DNA of 64,000 nt from an uncultured Hyphomicrobiales bacterium. Lineage in GTDB: Bacteria > Pseudomonadota > Alphaproteobacteria > Rhizobiales > TMED25. The notes below the pieces were generated by a model that worked only from the letters and a program-made list of their open reading frames with translations, was not told the origin of the DNA and made no database searches. The stretch spans positions 12,002 through 76,001 of the forward strand of contig CAJIYR010000008.1 in the NCBI GenBank assembly GCA_905181735.1, written 5' to 3'. The first letter of the stretch is position 1. Each line of letters starts with the position of its first letter. Made by a program: the position numbers and the translations under genes. Shown piece after piece: positions 47,891-58,103 of this stretch.

Positions 47891-49786
47891 TTGGAAAATA
47901 TCCGGCAAGCTGGTTTTGTAAATAAAGATAAACCTAATTATCTAAAGGATGTGCTCGGCGGCGCTCTAGATAAAAACGGCACCTATTTATGGATGATTTT
48001 ACCAGCTTTAATATTAGTATTATGTATAGCTTTATGTCCATTGTTTATCAATGGAGATTATAGCTATTTTAACCAAAGCTTCAAAGTTAACCTTACTTTG
48101 TCGCAAACCATAACTATAGCTTCTCTTACGTCAATTATCTTATTATTGCTTAACCACATTCAATCTTTAAGAACTAATAATAATAATATTAGGAAACAAT
48201 CATCGAGGTATAAAAGCTACATCGACCTGGCGATGGAAAGAAGCGGCTCTGGATTATGGATATGGGATATTTCTCAAGGAAAAATATTCTTTCCTCGAGC
48301 TATACTCAACCTTCTTGGCTTAAGAAAAAAAGAGGGTTACATTCCATTTACTCAGCTCATTGAAATGATGGATGAAAATGGAATTAATTTTTATAAAATC
48401 GCTAATAAGATCATAAAAAATGAAGAATCAAGTATTGATATAGAGTTTCAACTTAAACATAACAATGGTCAATTTATTTGGTTTCATTTAAAAGCGAAAT
48501 TAGCTAAAAACAAAAATTCATCATACAAGCAATTGGTCGGAATTATAACAGATATAAACGATCAAAAAAATTCTAAAGATAAGACTCTGAATTCAAATAT
48601 GAGAATAAGAGATGCAATTGAAAGCATCCCCGAATCATTTGTGCTTTGGGACTATAATAACAAATTAGTTATGTGTAACTCGAAATACAAACAATTCTAT
48701 TGCCTTGCTCCCAATCTTGCTCTTCCTGGTACAGATCGTTCGGATGTAGAGAAATTTTCTATAAAACCAGTAATAAAGACAAAAATAAACGAAGATGATA
48801 ATCATCAAAATTCGATAAATTATGAGGTAAAACTAAAAGATAGCCGTTGGTTAAATATATCCGAAAAGAAAACTAACGACGGCGGCTCTGTTTCCATAGG
48901 AAAAGACATCACTAATTTAAAGAAAAACGAATCAAAGCTAATAAAAAGTGAAAACGATCTAATAGATACAATACACAAACTTGAAAGCTCTAAAAGAAAA
49001 CAAGAACATTTAACAAAGCAACTAATCGAACTTGCAGAAAAAAATCAAGACCTAAAAGAAAGAGCTGAGGAATCAAATAAGCTAAAATCGGATTTTATGT
49101 TAAATATAAGCCATGAACTAAGAACCCCTTTAAATGCAATTATTGGTTTCTCAGAGTTAATGAAATCAAATAGAGTTAATAATATTAATAAATACAAAGA
49201 GTATGCATTTGATATACACCAAAGCGGACAAGATCTCCTTCATACTATTGAAAGCATTCTAGAGATATCAAATCTAGAAAATAATGAAGTGAGCATTGAA
49301 AAATCAAACCAGAAGATTAAACCAATAATTGATGGTGTTCTTGGTTTATTCAGAGACGATATAAAAAATAAAAATATTACAATTTATAATAATTTTAATT
49401 CAGATGCAGATATATATTGTAACAAAATTGCTATGAAACAAATTATTTCAAATATCATTTCAAATGCAATTAAATTTAATAAAAATAGCGGTAATATAAA
49501 AATTGAATCTGAAGACAATCATAACAGCCTAGATATAATTATTAAAGATACAGGTAACGGTATTCCACAAAGCTCTATCAATTATCTTTATGAACCTTTC
49601 GGCAACATAAATAATCCAATTACAAAGAATAAAGAAGGTATTGGCTTGGGGCTTCCTATCAGTAAGTCTTTAATTGATATCCATAATGGAGCAATTGATA
49701 TAAAAAGCAAAAGAGGCGAAGGCACAACCGTTACTATATCTCTTCCTTTGATAAAACAAAGATACAACCTTAAAGCCACGGGATAA
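47891..49786 (+). CDS. membrane-bound PAS-domain sensor histidine kinase (no adjacent response regulator)
   Basis: 631 aa with two N-terminal TM helices, two PAS-like regions (GLWIWD...; IPESFVLWD...), a coiled coil, an H-box SHELRTPLNAI and an ATPase G-boxes region. TTG start lies 8 nt after AAGAGGAGG. Confidence 0.85.
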   Translation: MENIRQAGFVNKDKPNYLKDVLGGALDKNGTYLWMILPALILVLCIALCPLFINGDYSYFNQSFKVNLTLSQTITIASLTSIILLLLNHIQSLRTNNNNIRKQSSRYKSYIDLAMERSGSGLWIWDISQGKIFFPRAILNLLGLRKKEGYIPFTQLIEMMDENGINFYKIANKIIKNEESSIDIEFQLKHNNGQFIWFHLKAKLAKNKNSSYKQLVGIITDINDQKNSKDKTLNSNMRIRDAIESIPESFVLWDYNNKLVMCNSKYKQFYCLAPNLALPGTDRSDVEKFSIKPVIKTKINEDDNHQNSINYEVKLKDSRWLNISEKKTNDGGSVSIGKDITNLKKNESKLIKSENDLIDTIHKLESSKRKQEHLTKQLIELAEKNQDLKERAEESNKLKSDFMLNISHELRTPLNAIIGFSELMKSNRVNNINKYKEYAFDIHQSGQDLLHTIESILEISNLENNEVSIEKSNQKIKPIIDGVLGLFRDDIKNKNITIYNNFNSDADIYCNKIAMKQIISNIISNAIKFNKNSGNIKIESEDNHNSLDIIIKDTGNGIPQSSINYLYEPFGNINNPITKNKEGIGLGLPISKSLIDIHNGAIDIKSKRGEGTTVTISLPLIKQRYNLKATG

Positions 49787-49799
49787 AAAAATTATAAGA

Positions 49800-50255
49800 T
49801 TAAGTTTTACTCTTCATATTTTTAGTTAAAATAAATAATATTCCTATCAGAAAAAAAATAAACGGGGCTAGCCATAAGAACATTGTGTATTTTTTGAACA
49901 GAGGTTTCATTAGAACAAAATCACCGTATCTTTCATGGACATAATCTATAATTTCATCATTACTTTTACCGTCTATTAATTGATTTCTAACTAATGATCT
50001 CATATCTTTAGCAAGAGGTGAATTTGATTCTAAAATACTTTGATTTTGACAAACCATGCATCTTAATAAAGCACTTATCTCCTTTTCTCTTTCCATAAGT
50101 TCTAGATTAATAACGGGCGTATTAACATATGAAGCCCCCAAAGGATCTGATTCAAAACATAAAAAATAAAAAGATACTAGAAAAAAAATCTTAATATAAT
50201 TGTAGAAACTGAATCGATTGCTAAAAATAAGATACAAACATCTAAAATTAATCAT
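49800..50255 (-). CDS. ccmH: cytochrome c-type biogenesis protein CcmH
   Basis: 151 aa with the LRCMVCQNQS CxxC motif and a C-terminal TM helix. It shares 1 nt with ccmF. Confidence 0.8.
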   Translation of the reverse strand: MINFRCLYLIFSNRFSFYNYIKIFFLVSFYFLCFESDPLGASYVNTPVINLELMEREKEISALLRCMVCQNQSILESNSPLAKDMRSLVRNQLIDGKSNDEIIDYVHERYGDFVLMKPLFKKYTMFLWLAPFIFFLIGILFILTKNMKSKT

Positions 50256-52186
50256 TATGATCTTAACCTTCCCTTGCTATCAACAAGTGATACCAATCCA
50301 CCAAAGGCCATCAAAAAACCGCCCAACCAAATTAACCTAACAAAAGGTTTGTATGAAATTGTTGCGACAATATATTCTTCATTAATATCGCTCAGTGTTA
50401 TATATATATGGCTAAAAAAATGCCTATAGATACCAGCTTCAGTTGTCATTGTATCTTGAGATCTATAAAATCTTTTTGTACTTGATGTGCTTCCTATTTT
50501 ATCTTCTGATTTAAATATTAAAAAATTAGCAACTATTTCGTCATAATTTTTTCCTATATTAGGAGAAATTCCATTGTATTGAATTTGGAAATCGGCTAAT
50601 TTTATTTTTTGATGCAATTCAAAAACTCTATCCGTTTTTATTTCATACGCCGTAACTATTGTAACGCCTACAATTAATACACCTAGTCCAGCGTGAGCTA
50701 AGCTAGAGCCAATCTTTAATAGCTTTATTCTAGCTATATTTTTTATAACGCCCTTTTCAGATAAATTGAATCTTTTGATAATAGCTACAAAAGATCCCGC
50801 TATTAACCATAACCCCAAAGCTATCGAAAAAGGTGCAAGAGTTGGGCCCTTTTCATGAATAAATGCATATAACAGAATAAAAAGAACTCCATTAACAATT
50901 AAAGCTAACAATATTAAATTAATAAGCTTTGATAGATCAGTTTTTTTCCAATTTAGAAACGGTCCTATCGGAACAAAAAACATTAAAATAAACGCAAAAG
51001 GTAGAAATGTAATATTAAAATAAGGAGGGCCAACTGAAATTTTAATTCCACTAACAGTCTCTAACAACAAGGGGTATAAGGTGCCAACAAACACTACACT
51101 GCACAACACAACCAATAATAGATTATTTAAAATAATAAGACCTTCTCTGCCTAACTTTCTATACTCAATGTGATAATCTGGTTTAGGGCTTTTTATTGCA
51201 AAAATGACCAACGAACTGATTGTAAAAAAAGACAATATAAATAACATAAAGAGACCCCTTCTGGGGTCAACTGCAAAGGAATGAACAGATACAAGAATCC
51301 CAGACCTAACCAAGAAAGTGCCCAGCAAACTAAATAAGAATGTCATTATTGACAAAAGTATAGTCCAACTCTTTAGGCTATTAATGTTTCTTACAACCAT
51401 CATAGAATGCACCAAGGCAGTCCCGGTAAGCCATGGCAACAATGAAACGTTCTCTACAGGATCCCAAAACCACCAACCGCCCCAACCTAACTCATAATAA
51501 GCCCACCAAGAGCCTATCGTAATACCGATTGTCAAAGATGACCATGATATTATTGTCCATGGGTACACCCACCTCGCCCATTTAGAGTCAATGCAATTCT
51601 CTAATAACCCAGCCACACCAAAAGAAAAGACTATAGAAAATCCAACGTAACCTAAATACAAGAATGGAGGATGTATAATCAACCCTGGATCTTGTAACAC
51701 AGGATTTAACCCTAAACCATTCAATGGAGTAGGGAATTGTGTTAGAAAAGGATTGGAAGTTAAAATTACAAACAAAAGAAAAGCTATGGTAACAATAGAT
51801 TGAATTCCCAGAACCCTTACCTTAAGACTTTTATTCATCTCTTGAGAAAAAATAGAAATAAGAAATGACATGAATGTCAATATCAAAACCCATAATAATA
51901 TAGAACCCTCGTGGTTCCCCCAAACTCCAGTTATCTTGTATACTAAAGGCTTTGCAGTATGAGAATTTTGCCAAACATTAATTATAGAAAAGTCTGATAT
52001 TACATAGGAATAAGTAAGGAGAAAATACGAGAATAAAATAAATAGAAATTGCATTATGCTAGCAAGTTTGACTTTATCATCTGTTATAAAATATATTTTC
52101 TTAGAATATAAGGCAGATAAAACCAGGGCACAAATAGCAGAAATAAGTGCTAGAAATATTGATAATTGACCGATTTTTGCTATCAT
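50255..52186 (-). CDS. ccmF: cytochrome c heme lyase subunit CcmF
   Basis: 643-aa polytopic protein with a Trp-rich WGGWWFWDPVEN motif. Confidence 0.9.
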   Translation of the reverse strand: MIAKIGQLSIFLALISAICALVLSALYSKKIYFITDDKVKLASIMQFLFILFSYFLLTYSYVISDFSIINVWQNSHTAKPLVYKITGVWGNHEGSILLWVLILTFMSFLISIFSQEMNKSLKVRVLGIQSIVTIAFLLFVILTSNPFLTQFPTPLNGLGLNPVLQDPGLIIHPPFLYLGYVGFSIVFSFGVAGLLENCIDSKWARWVYPWTIISWSSLTIGITIGSWWAYYELGWGGWWFWDPVENVSLLPWLTGTALVHSMMVVRNINSLKSWTILLSIMTFLFSLLGTFLVRSGILVSVHSFAVDPRRGLFMLFILSFFTISSLVIFAIKSPKPDYHIEYRKLGREGLIILNNLLLVVLCSVVFVGTLYPLLLETVSGIKISVGPPYFNITFLPFAFILMFFVPIGPFLNWKKTDLSKLINLILLALIVNGVLFILLYAFIHEKGPTLAPFSIALGLWLIAGSFVAIIKRFNLSEKGVIKNIARIKLLKIGSSLAHAGLGVLIVGVTIVTAYEIKTDRVFELHQKIKLADFQIQYNGISPNIGKNYDEIVANFLIFKSEDKIGSTSSTKRFYRSQDTMTTEAGIYRHFFSHIYITLSDINEEYIVATISYKPFVRLIWLGGFLMAFGGLVSLVDSKGRLRS

Positions 52187-52218
52187 ATTATATCCTATAC
52201 ACTTAAAATACTTTTATA

Positions 52219-52623
52219 TTATTTTTTTTCAAATATTTCATAAGGCATGTAATTCTCATCATGTTTAGCGATTATTTTGTCAGCCAAAAAAAATCCATTT
52301 GCAAATTTACCCTCAGCTACAACACCCTGTCCCTCCCTAAATAAATCAGGCAATATACCTCTAAAAGAAACAGGTGTTTCATTCTCAAGGTCGGTAACAA
52401 TAAAAGTTATCTTTAAATTATCTGATTTTAAAATAGAGCTCTCTTTTACCATGCCACCGATTCTTATTTTCTTCTCTATATTTATTTTTGGATCCAGCAA
52501 TTCCGTTGGGGTATAAAAAAATATAATATTATCTTCAAGTGCCCTTAGCACAAATAAAACACCTAACAATGATATAATAAAAACTAGCAAAAGGTAGTAA
52601 ATTCTATTTGTTCTTTTCGACAT
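52219..52623 (-). CDS. ccmE: cytochrome c maturation heme chaperone CcmE
   Basis: It has an N-terminal TM anchor, a DNIIFFYTPTEL motif and a C-terminal AKHDENYMP heme-binding His region. The start is taken at MSKRT (ATG at 52623) within ORF 52219..52641. Confidence 0.85.
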   Translation of the reverse strand: MSKRTNRIYYLLLVFIISLLGVLFVLRALEDNIIFFYTPTELLDPKINIEKKIRIGGMVKESSILKSDNLKITFIVTDLENETPVSFRGILPDLFREGQGVVAEGKFANGFFLADKIIAKHDENYMPYEIFEKK

Positions 52624-52715
52624 GTCTAAAAATCTTACCAAATTAACAATATATATTACATAACTAAAAAATTAACATTATATCAGAACATAAAACTTCA
52701 GAAATTTACTTTTGA

Positions 52716-53138
52716 TTACTTTTCTATGTAATCTTCTAAGTCACCTTCTATATCAGATTCTGATATTATATTTTTATTATAAACTGAAATATTAGCTTCT
52801 TTAACGCTATCAGCGTTACCAGAAACCAAAGGATGCCAATCAAATAATTTATCACCTTGAGATATAAGTCTATAGGCACAAGTGTCTGGCATCCAGTCAA
52901 GATCTCCTACATTATCATGGCTAATTTTAATGCAATCTTTAACGAGTCGATGCCTGTCATGATAAGAATTACATTTACAGGTTGTTAAATTAAATAATTT
53001 ACATACAACATTGGTGTAGTAAATTTCATCAGTATCTTCATCTTGTAATTTAACTAAACAACATTTACCACAGCCATCACAGAGAGATTCCCATTCCTTT
53101 GAATTCATTTCTGATAATTTTTTTTCTTCCCAGAACAT
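52716..53138 (-). CDS. ycgN: UPF0260 / YcgN-family Cys-rich protein
   Basis: 140 aa. The CDGCGKCC motif and the overall pattern match YcgN. Confidence 0.75.
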   Translation of the reverse strand: MFWEEKKLSEMNSKEWESLCDGCGKCCLVKLQDEDTDEIYYTNVVCKLFNLTTCKCNSYHDRHRLVKDCIKISHDNVGDLDWMPDTCAYRLISQGDKLFDWHPLVSGNADSVKEANISVYNKNIISESDIEGDLEDYIEK

Positions 53139-53197
53139 TTTTAATAACCAAATATTATCTAAGACTCTATCTAAATTAATAAGCGTTTATTTAGCAA

Positions 53198-53527
53198 CTA
53201 TAAAATTTCTAAAAAATCTCTACCGTCTTTAGATTCCACGTCTATTATCCATAAGTCACTATCAAATTGCGACTGTTTTTCTAACTCAACTTCTATTTCT
53301 TCGTAGTTGATTTTATCTACACATATTTTTTCTATCCACTTTCGATCAAAATTACTTTCATAATTCATCGGAGCTGGTATTAATAGTCTTACTTTATCAG
53401 GTGAGATAATTTTTATTAAAATCTGCCCTGAATTCTTCTCTCCACGTTTTACAACATAAGCAAATGCATTATTAATTTGCACAACATTTATATAGGCTTT
53501 AGCCCAAATTTCAGAAATTAATCGCAT
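53198..53527 (-). CDS. DUF1491 family protein
   Basis: About 109 aa from MRLISEIW (ATG at 53525-53527). The SEIW..A.......A.A.V.KRG pattern resembles alphaproteobacterial DUF1491. Confidence 0.55.
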   Translation of the reverse strand: MRLISEIWAKAYINVVQINNAFAYVVKRGEKNSGQILIKIISPDKVRLLIPAPMNYESNFDRKWIEKICVDKINYEEIEVELEKQSQFDSDLWIIDVESKDGRDFLEIL

Positions 53528-53697
53528 TATACTTACAATCAAATACTATAATAATAGTTTATTAATAGCTATATGAGAATATAACAACTAAAGTTACAGT
53601 ATATAAATTATCCAAATTATATATTTTGTTTACAATAATTGATAAAATAATATTTATATATACATTACATTAAATATAATAGAAACGGCATATTTTA

Positions 53698-54114
53698 ATG
53701 ATAGAATTAAAAGAAATTATAGATAATTTTGAATATTTAGATGATTGGGAAGATCGTTATAAATATATAATAGAATTAGGTAACTCATTAGAAAATTTTC
53801 CACAAGAATATAAAAATGAAAAAACGAAAGTTAGTGGATGCGTAAGCCAAGTTTGGATTAGCAGCGAAATAACGACCCAAAGACAAATAAAAAAGATCTC
53901 CTTTAAGGGAGATAGTGATGCACACATTGTTAAAGGATTAATAACAATTGTTTTATCAATATATTCAAACAAAACTCCACAAGAAATTTTAAATTTAAGT
54001 GGCGAAGAGATTTTAAAGAAATTAAATCTTGATGACCATTTGTCACCACAAAGATCAAACGGATTGTTTTCAATGCTTGAGAGGATAAAGAATGACGCTA
54101 GAAGCAACCTATAA
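53698..54114 (+). CDS. sufE: cysteine desulfuration (sulfur acceptor) protein SufE
   Basis: 138 aa with the conserved VSGCVSQVWI active-Cys motif and a C-terminal SPQRSNGL. Confidence 0.85.
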   Translation: MIELKEIIDNFEYLDDWEDRYKYIIELGNSLENFPQEYKNEKTKVSGCVSQVWISSEITTQRQIKKISFKGDSDAHIVKGLITIVLSIYSNKTPQEILNLSGEEILKKLNLDDHLSPQRSNGLFSMLERIKNDARSNL

Positions 54115-54164
54115 ATGGCAATTAAATTCAATTAGAGTGTATAAATTTTTTAAAGATTAAAAAT

Positions 54165-54653
54165 ATGAAGTATTTACTACAATTAAGTCTATTTATTTTT
54201 TTATTCCTATTCTGGATAATATTATCAGGAAAAGGGGATATATTTTTCATTGTATCAGGAGCTATCACATCAATTACAATTGTAATTATTGCAACATATA
54301 TCAATTTACTAGACGAAGAAGGTCATCCAATTAAGATTCTTCCAAGAATATTTTTTTATTGGCTTTGGTTATTAAAAGAAATTGTATTATCAGCAATTTA
54401 TTTAAGTAAAATAATAATATCACCAAAATTATCTATATCACCGCAATATGTTAAAATTAAATCGAACCAAAAATCATCGTTAGGTTTTAGTATCTTTGCT
54501 AATTCAATAACATTAACACCAGGTACAATTACAGTAATTGCAAAAAATTCAACAAAGGAGATAGACGTACATGCAATTACACAAGAAACAGCAAAAAGTT
54601 TAAAAACAGGAAAAATGGATACAATGGTATCCTGGCTTATGAGGAACAAATAA
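54165..54653 (+). CDS. mrpE: Mrp-type cation:proton antiporter subunit E
   Basis: 162 aa. Its N-terminal TM helices, size and first position in an E-F-G series fit subunit E. Confidence 0.6.
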   Translation: MKYLLQLSLFIFLFLFWIILSGKGDIFFIVSGAITSITIVIIATYINLLDEEGHPIKILPRIFFYWLWLLKEIVLSAIYLSKIIISPKLSISPQYVKIKSNQKSSLGFSIFANSITLTPGTITVIAKNSTKEIDVHAITQETAKSLKTGKMDTMVSWLMRNK

Positions 54654-54923
54654 ATGTTTAGTGTCCCGACTATCATAATTTTAATATCGATTACGTTGGC
54701 AGTTTACAGAGCTCTCAAAGGACCAACTGTCTTTGATAGACTTCTTGCAGCAAATGTTATTGGTACAGGGACAGTGATGTTTCTTGCACTTTACGGTTTT
54801 TTAACAGGAAGACCAGATTTTTTGGACATAGGATTAACTTACTTATTATTAAATTTAGTTGGCACCTTAGCTGTACTGAAATATTTTAGGTATGGTTCAC
54901 TTGGTCACGGTGAAGAAGAATAA
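54654..54923 (+). CDS. mrpF: Mrp-type antiporter subunit F
   Basis: 89 aa with 3 predicted TM helices and an RALKGPTVFDRLLA-type motif. Its ATG directly follows the mrpE stop. Confidence 0.65.
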   Translation: MFSVPTIIILISITLAVYRALKGPTVFDRLLAANVIGTGTVMFLALYGFLTGRPDFLDIGLTYLLLNLVGTLAVLKYFRYGSLGHGEEE

Positions 54924-54924
54924 C

Positions 54925-55269
54925 ATGATTGAGATAATAAAAAATGTATTAATATGGGGATGTCTCGTTAGCGGATCATTGTTTTTTGCCATAGGCTCAA
55001 TAGGCCTTATAAGAATGCCGGATGTTTATACAAGAATTCACTCCGTTTCAATTTTAGATACGTTATCTGCAATTTTACTAACTTTTGGTATGATATTATA
55101 CTCAGGGTTAAATTTAACATCCTTGAAATTAATAATAATTTTATTTGGTCTTTTGTATATTTCTTCAGTTGCCAGCCATGCTTTAGCTCGAGCTTCAATA
55201 CATGATGGCATTCAACCGATAATAAAGCAGTCAGATGGAAAATTAAGGAAGCGGTATTCAAGGAAATAA
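54925..55269 (+). CDS. mrpG: Mrp-type antiporter subunit G
   Basis: The GSIGLIRMPDVYTRIHSVS motif is typical of MnhG/PhaG. The start is taken at ATG 54925, right after the mrpF stop, not at ORF start 54892. Confidence 0.75.
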   Translation: MIEIIKNVLIWGCLVSGSLFFAIGSIGLIRMPDVYTRIHSVSILDTLSAILLTFGMILYSGLNLTSLKLIIILFGLLYISSVASHALARASIHDGIQPIIKQSDGKLRKRYSRK

Positions 55270-55319
55270 TTAAACTCTTTTTATGCATATGGAGAATTAA
55301 AATCGAAACTTTTATAAAT

Positions 55320-55835
55320 ATGATATTATTAACATTAATGGCAATAGTCGTTATAGGGATTATAAGATTTAAAAATCTTTTTAATGTTATAATATTAGGA
55401 AGCATTTATAGTTTTTTAATGGCATCAATTCTACTCGTACTTGATGCTGTTGATGTAGCTTTAACTGAAGCTTCAGTCGGAGCTGGAATATCAACTGTTT
55501 TGATGCTTTCAGCTTTATATTTAACGAAAAGAAATGAAAATCCAATAACACACAATCAAATTTGGCCACTGCTGATCGCATTAATCACCGGGGCGCTTCT
55601 TGTTTTTGGTACATACGGTATGCCAGAATTTGGGATTATCAATACACCGATGCATAATCACGTTGGGGGAGAATATTTAGCTAGATCTATATCAGATACT
55701 GGCATAGAAAACGTTGTAACTTCAGTATTAGCTAGCTATCGGGGATTTGATACTTTAGGAGAAGTAACCGTTATATTTACTGCAGCTATTGGAATTATTG
55801 CAATATTAAAAAAAACCAAAACAAAGGTCAAATAG
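55320..55835 (+). CDS. MrpA C-terminal-like / MbhD-like membrane subunit (DUF4040 type)
   Basis: 171 aa with 4-5 TM helices. The LDAVDVALTEASVGAG motif is typical of the MnhB N-terminal/DUF4040 module. Confidence 0.65.
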   Translation: MILLTLMAIVVIGIIRFKNLFNVIILGSIYSFLMASILLVLDAVDVALTEASVGAGISTVLMLSALYLTKRNENPITHNQIWPLLIALITGALLVFGTYGMPEFGIINTPMHNHVGGEYLARSISDTGIENVVTSVLASYRGFDTLGEVTVIFTAAIGIIAILKKTKTKVK

Positions 55836-55844
55836 GATTCAGAA

Positions 55845-56258
55845 ATGCGGTTAGATGTTATACTAAGGATAGCGACTAAGATTTTCTTACCATTCATATT
55901 TATGTTTGCGATATATGTTCAATTACATGGAGATTTTGGTCCTGGTGGAGGATTCCAAGCTGGGGTTATTCTTGCCGCCGGGGTTGTTTTATACACAATT
56001 ACATTTGGAGAAAGAAAAGCAAAAGAATATTTTCCGGAAAAATTATTTGAAATAATGATTCCGGTTGGAGTGCTGATATTCTTATTAACGGGATTATACA
56101 GCCTTATTCATGGGTATAATTTTTTAGACTATACAGCTATTTCTCATCATGGAACGCATGGTCAGCACTTGGGTGTATTAATAATAGAAATGGGTGTATT
56201 GATTACCGTTTCAGGATCAATGGTTACAATATTTTATAATTTTATTAACAGAGACTAA
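55845..56258 (+). CDS. mrpB: Mrp-type antiporter subunit B (MnhB domain)
   Basis: 137 aa with the HGDFGPGGGFQAGVILAA motif characteristic of MnhB. Confidence 0.8.
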   Translation: MRLDVILRIATKIFLPFIFMFAIYVQLHGDFGPGGGFQAGVILAAGVVLYTITFGERKAKEYFPEKLFEIMIPVGVLIFLLTGLYSLIHGYNFLDYTAISHHGTHGQHLGVLIIEMGVLITVSGSMVTIFYNFINRD

Positions 56259-56259
56259 C

Positions 56260-56622
56260 ATGATTATAATAAATCAATTTATCGCATCTTATAATTATTT
56301 CATTATCATTTTTCTAATGATTGCTGGCTTATATATCGTCGTAGCGCGCGGGAATATGATAAAGAAACTAATAGGACTTTCAGTATTCCAAACCTCTGTT
56401 TATCTTCTATACATTTCACCTGGAAAAATTATTGGAGGAACCGCTCCAATAATTAACGATAATTATACACTATATTCCAATCCCTTGCCTCATGTATTAA
56501 TTCTAACTGCCATTGTCGTTGGTATTGCAACATTAGCTCTAGGGCTTAGCTTAACAATTAGGATAAACGAAGAATTTAATACGATAGAAGAAGATGAAAT
56601 ATTTAATAAAGAAGAACTATAA
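56260..56622 (+). CDS. mrpC: Mrp-type antiporter subunit C (NuoK-like)
   Basis: 120 aa with 3 TM helices and the GLYIVVARGNMIKKLIGL motif. Confidence 0.8.
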   Translation: MIIINQFIASYNYFIIIFLMIAGLYIVVARGNMIKKLIGLSVFQTSVYLLYISPGKIIGGTAPIINDNYTLYSNPLPHVLILTAIVVGIATLALGLSLTIRINEEFNTIEEDEIFNKEEL

Positions 56623-58103
56623 TGCAATTTGAACATCTTCCAGCCACACAAATTCTAATACCACTAATTGGCGCTGTATTTATACTAGCTTCGAGGAAGA
56701 ATATAGTAATTTGGGCTACAGTATCATTATTAACTTTACTAACATTTATTAACTCAATCCTCTTATACAAACAAGTATCAGCTAGTGGCATTATTTCTTA
56801 TGCAATGGGTGGATGGGAGCCGCCAATTGGAATTGAATACAGAATTGATTCTGTAAACTCTATACTTATTGTTCTTGTTTCATTTATGGCATTACTCGTT
56901 GCGCTATATGCTCGTAAGAGTATTGAAGTTGAGATTGTTGCTGAAAAGAGACCTGTGTTTTATGCAATGTATTTGCTTTGCCTTACAGGCCTCCTTGGAA
57001 TCCTAGCAACAGGGGATGCATTTAATGCCTTCGTATTCCTAGAAATATCATCTCTTTCAACTTATGTGATGATTGCAATGGGGAAAGACAAAAGATCACT
57101 TATTGCCAGTTATCAGTATCTTATAATGGGAACCATTGGTGCAACATTTTATGTTATAGGGATTGGTTTAATCTTTATAATGACAGGATCTCTAAATCTA
57201 AACGATATATCCGAACAAATTAATAATGTGAGTACAATAAGACCGATCTTAGCATCATTAGCATTTATCACAGTTGGTATATCTCTTAAATTAGCCCTTT
57301 TCCCTTTGCATTCATGGTTACCAAATGCCTACACATACGCGCCTAGCGTTGCAACAGCATTCCTCGCATCTACAGCAACAAAAGTTGCTGTTTATCTGCT
57401 AATTAGATATTTCTTTGATGTTTACGGTTACAATATAGTATTTGAAGATTATTGGTTATCAATGTTACTAATTATACTCTCAATTGCTGCAATGATTGGG
57501 GCTTCTCTTGTGGCAATTTTCCAGAATAATATTAAGAAAATGTTTGCCTATTCTTCTATCGCACAAATGGGCTATATTACTCTTGGTGTTGCCATCGCAA
57601 ACCATAGTGGCTTGGTTGGATCATTGGTTCACATTATAAATCATGCTCTAATAAAAGGAACGATTTTTATGGCTATAGGCTGCTTTGTAATGAAGCTAAA
57701 TAGCACTACTATTGAAGACTTTGCAGGAATTGGCAAGAAAATGCCATTAACAATGACAGCCTTTACAATTGCATCTCTAAGTCTAATTGGGATACCTGGT
57801 ACAGTAGGGTTTATTTCAAAATGGTATATAATAACTGGTGCTATAGAAAAGGGATGGTGGTGGCTTGTAATTTCAATTGCTCTAAGCTCATTATTAGCTC
57901 TCGTATATGTCGGAAGAATAATAGAAATAGCTTGGTTTCAAGAACCTAAAATAAAAGAGAATACAATCAGATTGTCCCATGAAATGATTGGAGTTACGTT
58001 AATAGCATCTATTACTACTCTCTATTTTGGCTTAAATACCGAATTAACAGTTGACTTAGCTAAGATTGCGGCCGATTCATTGCTATCAGGAATTTCAAAA
58101 TGA
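56622..58103 (+). CDS. mrpD: Mrp-type antiporter subunit D (NuoM/N-like proton-antiporter module)
   Basis: 493-aa polytopic protein with the Proton_antipo_M pattern (FPLHSWLPNAY, AYSSIAQMGY). It shares 1 nt with mrpC. Confidence 0.85.
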   Translation: MQFEHLPATQILIPLIGAVFILASRKNIVIWATVSLLTLLTFINSILLYKQVSASGIISYAMGGWEPPIGIEYRIDSVNSILIVLVSFMALLVALYARKSIEVEIVAEKRPVFYAMYLLCLTGLLGILATGDAFNAFVFLEISSLSTYVMIAMGKDKRSLIASYQYLIMGTIGATFYVIGIGLIFIMTGSLNLNDISEQINNVSTIRPILASLAFITVGISLKLALFPLHSWLPNAYTYAPSVATAFLASTATKVAVYLLIRYFFDVYGYNIVFEDYWLSMLLIILSIAAMIGASLVAIFQNNIKKMFAYSSIAQMGYITLGVAIANHSGLVGSLVHIINHALIKGTIFMAIGCFVMKLNSTTIEDFAGIGKKMPLTMTAFTIASLSLIGIPGTVGFISKWYIITGAIEKGWWWLVISIALSSLLALVYVGRIIEIAWFQEPKIKENTIRLSHEMIGVTLIASITTLYFGLNTELTVDLAKIAADSLLSGISK

